Origin: Chiloscyllium plagiosum
Taxonomy: Eukaryota
Direction: 5' to 3'
Length of the DNA stretch: 64,000 nt
Assembly (NCBI RefSeq): GCF_004010195.1
Contig: NC_057719.1
Span: forward strand, 57,206,246 to 57,270,245
Below the pieces are notes generated by a model. The model had not been told where the DNA came from, ran no database searches, and saw only the letters and a program-made list of their open reading frames with translations. This document shows, piece after piece, positions 41,996 through 52,329 of this stretch. The translations under genes and the position numbers were made by a program. Within the stretch, counting starts at the first letter, position 1; the number at the start of each line of letters is the position of its first letter.

Positions 41996-42321
41996 CATCT
42001 AATGTATGTAAGCACCAAACTCAGACTATGTGTATCGGTCTGTGATGCTGTTGCAACATAAATAGTTTGTGTTGCTAATAAATTTCAAAAGATTTTGAAA
42101 CTATTCTCCTGAACTTTGTACATTTTCTGATGGAAATGACAGAGAGTGGCCCACTGCCTCTGGATTTCAGGCTTAGAATCAACATACACTGAGGCCCTAG
42201 ACATCACCCTCTCCTCCCTAAGTGCCTATTCTATAAATGCCCCAGGCTTCACATTTCCCCAGGTCATCACTCAAGCCATGTACATGCATCCACACTGGTG
42301 TGCTATACGACAAGACTGGGA

Positions 42322-42460
42322 ATTGGAGATCAGAGCTGAAAAATGTGTTGCTGGAAAAGTGCGGCAGGTCAGGCAGCATCCAAGGAGCAGGGGAATCGAC
42401 GTTTTGGGCATAAGCCCTTCCTCAGGATTCCTGAGGAAGGACTTATGCCCGAAACGTCAA
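42322..42460. mobile_element. Fold-back Penelope-end element with back-to-back hammerhead cores
   Basis: ...GACGTTTTGGGCATAAGCCCTTCCTCAGGA-T-TCCTGAGGAAGGACTTATGCCCGAAACGTC. Confidence 0.85.
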
Positions 42461-42461
42461 T

Positions 42462-42868
42462 ACACTTGATGGAGTTTAGAAAGATGAGGGAGGAGCTCAG
42501 TTAAACATACAGAATACCAAGAGGCCAGGATAAAGTGAATATGGAAAAGATATTTCCACTAATAGGAGAGACTAGGACCTGAGGCACAGCCTCAGAGTGA
42601 AGGTAGAATCCTTTAGAACTGAGATGAGGAACTTCTTCAGCCAGAGGGTGGTTAATCTGTGGAACTCTTTGCTACGGAAGGTTGTGGAGGTCACGTCATT
42701 GAACATCTTTAAGACAGAGATAGAGAGGTTCTTGGTTCGTAAGGGGATCAAGACTTACGGGGAAAAGGCAGGAGAATGAGGTTGAGAAACATATCAGCCG
42801 TGGTCGAATGGTGGAGCACACTCGATGGGCTGACTGGCCTAATTCTGCTCCTATATTATGGTCTTAAG
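42462..42868 (+). mobile_element. CR1 LINE 3' end
   Basis: FRTEMRNFFSQRVVNLWNSL...FKTEIERFL, followed by 3' UTR. Confidence 0.9.
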
Positions 42869-44504
42869 GCCATAATATCACAGCAACTTTTTGTATGGTC
42901 ATTATCACATTTCTGTTTGTGGGATCTTTCTGGTTACAGATTGACTGCTGTCTTTCCTAACACAATGGTGACACATCAAAGGTACTTCATTGTCAGTAAA
43001 ATGCTTTGATATGTCTGACGCTCTTGAACGATGCTGAATGGTGCTATATAGATGCAAATCCCTTTTCAAATAATATTGTTCTGCAGGGACTTCTTATGTC
43101 ATCTGAAAATAGAGCAAGCTTTCACCATATTTTATAGTTTACCCCTCAGTCAATCACAGTCTGGGTTTGATCTTATAATTCCACTTGCAACTCCCTATTG
43201 ATTGGCTTTGATTCTATCTGTCACATGGATGAACTGTGATGCTATAAACCAGTATTAATGTCAAGAATAAAGTTGTATTTGTGTGAGTGTCCAGCTTAAT
43301 ATCTGTCACTGACATCAGTGTACCATGCTTGGATAGAACTCGCTCCCAAGGGTGATCAAAAATCTACTCCTGGTGTTTGTACTTAGTTTTTCTACTAGTA
43401 GTCTGTATGCATTGAGGAGTGTGATAGCAATCTAGGTTCTAAGTATAGAGATTACTTGCTTCTATGCTGTGATTTTGTGAAGATCTTTGTATTTGGATCC
43501 TAGATTGCAGTTTACAATACTCAATGCACACACAGCCTGCAAACAGAAAACTCAGTAATAACAATAGGAGCCAGGCTTTCACTTGATATTGGTATCTGAA
43601 GGAACCTGCTTGACATCATGTTGTGTTGGGGAGGCAGACCTAGGTTGAAGACTGGCCTGTCTCCTTTAGAGTCATTCCTGAGATGGCTAGATGGTGGATC
43701 TGGAAGGACACAGGCCAGTCTTATTTATGCTGTTAGACCATCTAGCCCTTAATCTTCACCTCCCTCCACTCACCCCATGCCTCCTCCATGCCCCTTCATG
43801 TCTCCCATGACTCTTCCATGCCCTCATGGCCCCTTACCCACTATGCACTAGGTACGTAACTGATAACTCACACAATTACACTGGTTCTGCTAGGTTGCTT
43901 TGTAGCAGGGACAAACAGGCATCTCATGCATTGACACACCTTTCATGTGATGGCTCTTAGCTGGCTTTCTGGGCATTCACTTGTCTTATGTTTACCTGGA
44001 GGCTGCCAGGCTTTGTATACTTCACATTACTATCTTAGTACACACGGATTAACTTGAGCAATAAAACCTGGGCCGCCAGCATCTGTATGGCTTGCATTGC
44101 TTTCTTGTCTTTAGTGCTCAGTTACAGGGTGTGAACCTGTGTTTTGCATTGCTGTTTAATGTGAGGGAGAGGGAGTAACCTGTCATAGGGAGAAGTACTG
44201 AACAGTCAAGTGTGGATATGCCTCTGCGTCACACTGTGCTACATTATCGACACACCTTTAGCATATGCCAACATGTGATGCTGTGAACACATTGCATGCA
44301 CTTCAAGCAAATGGTCATGTGTGAAAGTCAAAGGGGAGTATGGGTGAATGGGGACTACAGTCAGTTGGAAGGGTACAGCACAGACAGTCATGTGACTAAA
44401 CAGAAGTATTAATAGTTATGTAAAGCAGCTTAATAGAATTGGGAGAGCTTTAAAGACTGCAAGAACAGCAACACACAAGGAACGTAAAGGATGATGGTAA
44501 ATTG

Positions 44505-44790
44505 GTGTGTCATGGGCTATTTTTCAACTCCATGACATTGAAATGACATTGGAACCTTGCCATGTTGGATCAGAAGTCTCGGTTGATGCCCTCCCTATGG
44601 GTACCGAACTTAGCTATCAGCATCTGCTCGGCCACTTTTCGCTGCTGCCTGTCCCGAAGTCCGCCTTGGAGGATGGTCACCCGAAGGTCCAAGGTCGAAT
44701 GTCCTGGATCACTGAAGTGTTCCCCAACTGGGAGGGACATCCTGTCTGTTGATTGTTGTGCGGTGCCCATTCATCCGTTGTCGTAGCCTT
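44505..44790 (-). mobile_element. Penelope GIY-YIG endonuclease C-terminal fragment
   Basis: LRQRMNGHR / LPVGEHFSDPGHSTLDLRVTILQGGLRDRQQRKVAEQMLIAKFGTHREGINRD. Confidence 0.88.
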
Positions 44791-44999
44791 TGCTCGGTTG
44801 TGCAGATCGCCGTCATTATGCAGATCTGGAGACAATAATTGTAATGTTTCAACAAACCAGCAAAAGCAGCAACCTCCATGAACTGCTGCACAGCATCTGG
44901 GGGAAAATTCACAAAGAAGGCAGAGGAGAGTGATCTACAGGCAGCACTGTCACATTCTCCAGGCATGGTGGATGACCCCCCAACCCATAACCTCCGAAC

Positions 45000-46550
45000 T
45001 GCGTCATCTGTGAGCAGTAGATTTGTGCGAAGGACTGGGTGGCTGTGCCATCCCAGTGGCTGTCAAATTGACATCTGCCCTGAATCTTTCTGCAAGCATC
45101 TCAAATCATAGAGTGCCTCCTCCCAATCCTTAGCACATAAATGGTACTGAGATGTTACTGATGCCGTTTTCTCCTGATTACTGTTCTCCATATCATTTCC
45201 CCTAAGATGAGGAGAGTCAAGCAGCTCAGTGCTTCTATGCTGCAGTACAGGCTGTGGGATTCTTCACCATCACTGGCTTACCATCACAGGGCACTATCAA
45301 ATGTACTCAACCCTCTACTTTTTGTCATTTACATAAATGATTTGGATGCGAGCATAAGAGGTACAGTTAGTAAGTTTGCAGATGACACCAAAATTGGAGG
45401 TGTAGTGGACAGCGAAGAAGATTACCAGAGATTACAACAGGATCTTGACCAGATGAGCCAATGGGCTGAGAAGTGGCAGATGGAGTTTAATTCAGATAAA
45501 TNNNNNNNNNNNNNNNNNNNNNTGCCAGGGTTGGAGGATCTGAGCTATAGGGAGGGGCTGAACAGGCTGGGGCTGTTTTCCCTGGAGCGTTGGAGGCTGA
45601 GGGGTGACCTTATAGAGGTTTACAAAATTATGAGGGGCATGGATAGGATAAATAGACAAAGTCTTTTCCCTGGGGTCGGGGAGTCCAGAACTAGAGGGCA
45701 TAGGTTTATGGTGAGAGGGGAAAGATATAAAAGAGACCTAAGGGGCAACGTTTTCATGCAGAGAGTGATACGTGTATGGAATGAGCAGAGGATGTGGTGG
45801 AGGCTGGTACAATTGCAACATTTAAAAGGCATCTAGATGGGTACATGAATAGGAAGGGTTTGGAGGGATATGGGCTGGGTGCTGGCAGGTGGGACTAGAT
45901 TGGGTTGGGATATCTGGTCGGCATGGACGGGTTGGACCGAAGGGTCTGTTTCCATGCTGTACATCTCTATGACTCTATAACTCACTTTGCCCCATCACTA
46001 AACTGCATAGTTCAAAAAAAGAATACTCAAATTATACCTGATCACCTATAGCAAACCTTTAAGGTCTGTGTTAGATAATCTGGAACTCCCATGGTTCTTA
46101 CATACTAGAGAAGTGGCAGGTTCCTGACTCCTTCCAAAGTCACCAAGGCCATAGAGGAATAGCTCTTGGGAGACAAGGGGTAACACCTCCAAACATGGTT
46201 GATGACACCTTTAGAAAACCCACAGACTGATGCAAAACATAGGCAACGCTTCTCACACCAGGATGGTAATGGTACAGACAATAACCCCCTTCGGATGCTT
46301 AAAGCGCTCTGGCATACCCTGTAAATGGTGTCATGTATCTCTGTGGAATGCTGTGTCCTTTACAGCAGAGCCAAAAATGTGGGGATGTCCAGGATGCGGA
46401 CAAACGGGGGGACTGACAACAATCTTCTGAAGATGAAGACAAGCTAATATTGACCAGGAGAACCATCCAAGAAAGTATGACAGTGCAATGCTAGCAGAGC
46501 CTGGGAGGTCAGACACAACCTGATTGAAATGTGTCTCCAGGATTATCGAG
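45000..46550 (+). mobile_element. Decayed Harbinger transposase (split by a CR1 at 45310-45979)
   Basis: VAVKLTSALNL, AHK..DVTDAVF and GFFTITGLP.QGTIKCT lie before the CR1. HGSYIL and LLGDKG*HLQTWLMTPLENPQT lie after it. Confidence 0.85.
45310..45979 (+). mobile_element. Young CR1 LINE 3' fragment containing a small assembly gap
   Basis: LLFVIYINDLD...SKFADDTKIGGVVDS, RLRGDLIEVYKIMRG and a CTCTATGACTCTAT tail. ACTCA occurs on both sides (45305-45309 and 45980-45984). Confidence 0.95.
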
Positions 46551-46861
46551 CTTAGCATGGACTTTATACAAAGGATATTTGGGACCTTGCTAATTTTACA
46601 GTTATTAGCCTTTTGTGAGACTATCTGCAGTCAATGAGCCAGTTGCATGTGAGTGATGATCAATGTTTGGCCATTACAACTCCCTTCATCCTGGGATATC
46701 TAAAGAGGCTGCTCACTTCTCACATGAATGCGACTTAATCAAGTCTGAGAACGAATGTCCACTCTGCAGACATGTGATGGTGCAAGTGAAGATACATTTT
46801 AGAAAGTGAAAGGTTATTTGTAACTATGTGCCACCTTTGCACACACGGTAAATTTTAGACT

Positions 46862-47425
46862 TTTTTTCTATTCATTTATGGGATGTGGGTGTTGTTGGCT
46901 TGGCTAACATTTATTGCCCATCCCTAACTGCCCAAAGGAAAGCAATTAAGAGTCAACCACATTGTTGTGGGTCCAAAGTCATACATAGGTCAAACCAGGA
47001 AATAATGATAGATTTCATTGCCTGAAGGACTTTAGTTTTTTTTAAAAGATGATAATCAATAGAGGTTAGCTGCTTGCTGTAAGACTAGTTTTCTTAAAAA
47101 TTCTAGATTTTTCATTGAATAAAAATGTCACTGTCTGACAGTTTAAGATTCCGACCCATACAGTAAGTTCTGCTACAATGTGATAGTCCCGTTCTCATGC
47201 AGTCCTGTGTTATATCGTGTAATAGCAGCACCATTTAAACTAATAGGGTCGGAATCACATTATAGCCAATATGTCCTTTAAAACTTTGTGCTTTGGAAAC
47301 AGAGTTCCCTTTTGTTCAATCGGGTTATAACAAATTTGTGTTAACGAAACGTGCGTTATAGCAGAATGACCTGTATTCCCAGAAGATTAACCTGGTGGTC
47401 TGAGTATTAGTTCAGTGACTCCCCT
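46862..47425 (-). mobile_element. Old SINE-like element with LINE-derived tail
   Basis: Minus-strand tail TTAGGGATGGGCAATAAATG...CCCACATCCCATAAATGAAT is shared with 2770-2880. A decayed tRNA-like head lies near 47380-47420. Confidence 0.6.
47161..47373. mobile_element. Tc1/pogo(Tigger)-like MITE
   Basis: Imperfect terminal inverted repeats CAGTAAGTTCTGCTACAATG and CGTTATAGCAGAATGACCTG, flanked by TA on both sides. Confidence 0.75.
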
Positions 47426-48789
47426 CTGTCTTCCATTATGTCTAAGTGCAGTTTGACTTCCACAGATAGGATGGAGAGAGCCTGCTTTGTGGTTGACATC
47501 ATTTTGTTTGGAAGACTTGACCCAAAAGGGCCCAGTCCTTCTGAGAGTCTTCTAGCCAGTTGCAGGCTCACCCTTCTCTCCTTGAATTGTTGCAGCTTTT
47601 GGGATCACAGGCAGGGGAAAGGTGCAGGGTTTGAACATCCTGAGAAAAAGATTCTGTGGGTTCTGTGTGTTGCTCCTTCTCCCTATGGTATCTGCTGGAA
47701 CTAACCTATCTCTCTGAGAGGAAGGGGTACCTATAGTGAAGTCAAGGTCCCTCATTCCTCTCTAGATCTGTGATTGGCATTTAGCACCTATGATCAGAGA
47801 GATAGAGTGTAGGTTCTTGTTCATATTGAATTAACATTGGTCGTCATGGTAGCTACCAACCTGTCCATAATGTTGGTGGACTCTTCCACCCTTTGATCCA
47901 GCTCAAGTCTGGTAAACCTGTCTGATATTCCTGTGCCATTCTGTGCATTTTACCAAAGTCTTTAAAAATTGGGAACAAGGGATCATCTTCTGCTGAGTCT
48001 GAGCAGGTGCCTGGTGTCTGACAATCCTCTGAGTGTCAGAGACCATTTCTTCCTTAATCAGTTATGGAATCATATCTGTGATATACTCACCAGGTTGTGA
48101 TCCAAGTTTAATCTAGAAAGAGTACTCACTGAGGTGAAAGTGTCTGAGTTGGTGGAGTCTGTGTGTGAAACCCATACCAGAGGATTCACTGGCTTTCTCC
48201 TTAGAAGTGCAGATAGATCTAGAAATTTACAGACTGGCTTGTTTTGCAGATGTTCACGAGGTGCACCTAGTGCGTATATAAGAAGGTGAAACAGTTGCCT
48301 AAGAGGAATAAAGGCTTATGCAGATTACAAATGAGTTAATGTTTATGCTAATAAGACAGCAGCACAGCACGGTACTGTGAAGATTGTTGGGTTGATTCAC
48401 TGTTGAGGTCTCCCTGACCCCACTCACAGGTGTGTTCTTCTCTGGCTGAAACCAGAACTTTATACTTGAAGGGAGTGAGGACCCTGATGCCCACCAATGC
48501 TTCACTGACCTTGACCTTCTTTGCCTTGTAGTGGGCCAATGTTTTCTGCAATGAGACAAAGGGAAGAATTGAGTATGTGGAAGTGGATGGATGAACAGTA
48601 GTGATGCATGAGCAGTGAGGTGTCCCCAGTGAGTGAGTACGAAAAATACAGAGGGCAAGATGGGTTAATAACTTGGGAGGTTGAAGTAGGGGAGCATTGT
48701 TGAGCGAAAATTATGAATGCAATACTGAGAGGCTTAGGGTGGATGTACAGTGCAGAATGGTAGCCCTGTGAGTGTGAGGTAGCAGAGAA

Positions 48790-48995
48790 AAGATAGTAGC
48801 ATTTATCCTTTTGCAGAGCAGATCATTGATCTCTTTCCTGCACTGTTGGGTATCCTGCCTCACAGCACATACCTGGCTACAATCTGTGTGCACATTGGTT
48901 TGGTTTGGTGGTATAGCCTCCTGTGGTGGTCAGCTGGGAAGAAAGACTGCCTGCCTCTGTACCACCCCACCAATTACCACCTCCCTTTCCACAAC
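48790..48995 (-). mobile_element. Decayed Myb/SANT-like gene of a Harbinger transposon
   Basis: EVVIGGVVQRQAVFFP...VCAVRQDTQQCRKEINDL matches the Myb/SANT-like RxxxQCRKKxNDL motif. Confidence 0.7.
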
Positions 48996-49284
48996 GTGAA
49001 GAGCAAGCTTTCTTTTTCTCTGGACTCCATCCTGAATGCACAGGCTCCAGCACTACAGTTTGAGGAGTTGTTCCTAACTTGCAGCATCTGATGTATTGTG
49101 GGGCTGCCCTTTAAATCTGGTGCCAGAGGCATGTATACCAGAAGGCCTGAGCTAGGGGAAACACATCAACCTCTCAGGCAGCAAACCTCCCCAGTAGAAA
49201 TACCCAAAGGCCTGGATGTATAGCTAATGAAGTGAAGAGAAGATGATAAAAGTCACTAGGAGCCGCGGTAGACTGGGCATCATG

Positions 49285-49522
49285 TAGGTAAAAACAATGA
49301 CTGCAGATGCTGGAAACCAGATTCTGGAGGACAAGTCATGGGGACAGTGCTGAGCTGGAAGTTTGGAACTAGGGTGAGGTGGGGGAAGGGGAAATGAGGA
49401 AACTGTTGAAGTCCACATTGATGCCCTGGGGTTGAAGTGTTCCGAGGCAGAAGATGAGGCGTTCTTCCTCCAGGCGTCTGGTAGTGAGGGAGCGGCAGTG
49501 AAGGAGGCCCAGGACCTCCATG
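49285..49522 (-). mobile_element. Penelope ORF C-terminus and 3' tail, internally deleted
   Basis: Minus strand encodes MEVLGLLHCRSLTTRRLEEERLIFCLGTLQPQGINVDFNSF, followed by the CCAGCATCTGCAGTC tail. Confidence 0.85.
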
Positions 49523-50072
49523 CGTCTCACTCAAAAAGACTCTTTCCCAAAACATGGGGAAATTCCAACCTGTTTTCCTGTATCTCAACCCAGTAGAGTA
49601 TCTTTTCCACAAGTCCCTTGAAACATTTCATCCCCAATGTAAACTAACTTCCAGAGTTTCCTCATTTGTATTCCCCAGTTACCATTCACTTACTATTTCA
49701 GAGCTGTTGTTATCCAATCCACATATCCTATGATTTTAATCAGACTATTTAATCTGGTGTATAGTTAAGGTTATAAACACCTATTCACTTTTTTCCAGGA
49801 GGCATAATGACTTAACGAAACTTCAAAATTGCCTGTTTATTGCTTCAGTTTATGTCTGTGGACCGGACAGCCAAACATTTCCTGGCCTGAAGCATTTTGT
49901 TTTACTCTGTCTGTGAAAAGGCAGCTTGTGGCATTTGGCAGTCTCACTTTACTTTGAAAATTTTCTTCCAAATGAAAACCTTGTGAATTATCATGGTAAC
50001 ATTTGAATTACTGCTTATCCTCAAGGAGGGAGTTGGCAACAGAACAGATCCTGGTTCAACTGATAGTAGGAG

Positions 50073-50203
50073 TAGGAGAAAGTGAGGACTGCAAATGCTG
50101 GAGATTAGAGTCGGGAGTGTGGCGCTGGAAAAGCTCAGCAGGTCAGGCAGTATCCAAGGAGCAGGAGAATCAATCTTTCGGGCAAAAGCTCTTCATCAGG
50201 AAT
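50073..50203 (-). mobile_element. Single-arm Penelope-end element with decayed hammerhead core
   Basis: Minus strand reads CCTGATGAAGAGCTTTTGCCCGAAAGATTG...CAGTCCTCACTTTCTCC. Confidence 0.8.
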
Positions 50204-50341
50204 ACATTGCAGTCCAGGCTCAGGGTCTATCATTAATCTAAGTGCTGAGAACACCAGTGCCTCGGGGTATGCAAGAGGTTTGAAAATAAAGAGAGAAAAT
50301 AAACCATGAGATGATAGGAGGGCAGTAGGCTGATTGATAAG

Positions 50342-50635
50342 GTAAAAACGAGGTAAAAATGCCTGCCTTGAAGAAGTTTTCCTCCTCTCTCTACAAGAAT
50401 CTCAGGGAGTCCCTCTCCCACTGCAACTCCCTGGTCATTTCCTCTGCTCTGAAGCTCTTCAACCATGTCGTGACTCTATGCTACTCTCTCTCCACCCCCA
50501 CCCTCCCCTAGCTTATCTCTCCACGCTTCAAGCTCACTGCCTTTATTCCTGATGAAGGGCTTTTGCCCGAAACGTCGATTTCGCTGCTCGTTGGATGCTG
50601 CCTGGACTGCTGTGCTCTTCCAGCACCACTAATCC
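50342..50635 (+). mobile_element. Rearranged short Penelope insertion with intact hammerhead core
   Basis: Direct repeat AGGCTGATTGATAAG at 50327-50341 and 50636-50650. Core at 50549-50576. Confidence 0.85.
50543..50582 (+). ncRNA. Putative minimal type I hammerhead ribozyme
   Basis: CTGATGA-A-GGGC-TTTT-GCCC-GAAAC-GTC contains all conserved core nucleotides. Predicted cleavage is after C50576. Stem I is weak in this copy. Confidence 0.7.
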
Positions 50636-51164
50636 AGGCTGATTGATAAGTACTCTTGCTCATTTTCCCTTCTCCATACTTAGGATGAGGTTTAATAACT
50701 AGGAGTGTAATTTTTAAAAAATGATTGAAACTTCCCAAATTTAAATTACACCAACAGAGAAGAAGTGAATAGTTGGAAAGTTTTTATTTTACTTTTAATT
50801 AAGATTTATTAATATTGGCAAAAGTTTACTTTTATTTGTAGTTATTAGTATTAATAAGGTTTTATTGGTAAATGGTTATTTTTTTTTTGCAAAGTGTCCC
50901 CTTACATATGACTTGTTTGTATGTTATTAAAACAAACCAATCTAGATTATCTTGTAAATATTTCCAAAGAGTCCCGTTCACCTTCTCCAGTACTGAATCA
51001 TTCTGGGCGACTCGTGAACAAGAATATCGCTCATGGCTGATGAAGTAACTCCACAGAGGCTAGTATCCTGTCATCAAGTCACCCTTTTGGTATATGCATA
51101 GAACATGTCACTGATCCAGCGTCCTCAGAGCCATCTCACAGAGTGAACAGAACCTCTGACACTC

Positions 51165-51527
51165 TGTTTTTTTTTGTTTTCTCCCCCCACACTACCCGCC
51201 TAACTGCGGTAGTGCTTATTTTTCCCCCAGCTCCCATGTTGTGTGTGTGCAGGTGTGAGACACAGTGAGAGACACAAGGTGCACAAATCTTTATTCAATT
51301 TCCACCACCAGGAAGAAATGAAAACACCCGAGTGGCCAGTGACAAGCAGTGCCCTTCACATCAAAGGGCAATGCTGTGTGATCAAACAGTGAAGGGGAGG
51401 GCAGGGATTAAATCAAAATAGAGTTGGAGGGGGAAATAGTGCACTCCACTCCCTGCGGCGCCCACCTCTCCCTGAATAACGCCAGGGTGTTGGTGGACAC
51501 CACGTGCTCCTTCTCCAAGGACACCCA
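51165..51527 (-). mobile_element. Tx1-clade LINE 3' end with A-rich tail
   Basis: Minus strand encodes VSLEKEHVVSTNTLALFRERWAPQGVECTISPSNSILI*, followed by a 3' UTR with AATAAA and an A-rich tail. Confidence 0.75.
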
Positions 51528-51852
51528 GGCTCTGGTAAATGGTTATTAATAGTAGTACGGTTAAAAGGATTGATGAGACTTATTGATAGTAGGAAAGTTT
51601 GTTGAAAGTGGTGATGTTTCTGAATCCACAGCAAGGTTAATTATCTAACATATTGAGGTTGGTGAGATTGGTCCAAACTTTGGACTGTGCTGTGTGGATA
51701 CTTCCTTTGTCCTGGATAGCCATTGTGCTGAAAGCATTAACAGTTGCAACGGCATGAACTCCAGGTTTTGGAGGCTGACTCTAACTGGCATCATTGCAGT
51801 ACATTTATGATCTTGAAAGTTTCATGGATGGCCTGTTTATCGATGTGATCAC

Positions 51853-52204
51853 TTAGAGTCACAGAGTCATAGAGGTGTACAGCATGAAAACAGACCCTTC
51901 GGTCCAACCCGTCCATGCCGACCAGATTTCCCAACCCAATCTAGTCCCACCTGCCAGCACCCGGCCCATATCCCTCCAAACCCTTCCAATTTATACACCC
52001 ATCAAAATGCCTTTTAAATGTTGCAATTGTACCAGCCTCCACCACATCCTCTGGCAGCTCATTCCATACACGTACCACCATCTGTGTGAAAAAGTTGCCC
52101 CTTAGGTCTCTTTTAAATCTTTCCCCTCTCACCCTAAACCTATGCCCTCTAGTTCTGGACTCCCCGACCCCAGGAAAAAGACTTTGTCCATTTATCCTGT
52201 CCAC
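51853..52204 (-). mobile_element. Young CR1 3' end
   Basis: GESRTRGHRFRVRGERFKRDLRGNFFTQ, with a (CTCTATGA)-type tail at 51853-51875. Confidence 0.95.
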
Positions 52205-52329
52205 TTCATAAGTTAGATTGTGCAGGAAGACCACCAGTCAGTGAGGGAGAAGCAGCTGTTAGTGCACAAATCCCTGAATGCATCCCACTCTTCCAACTAA
52301 CATTCAATACTGAATACTGATTAAAGTGA

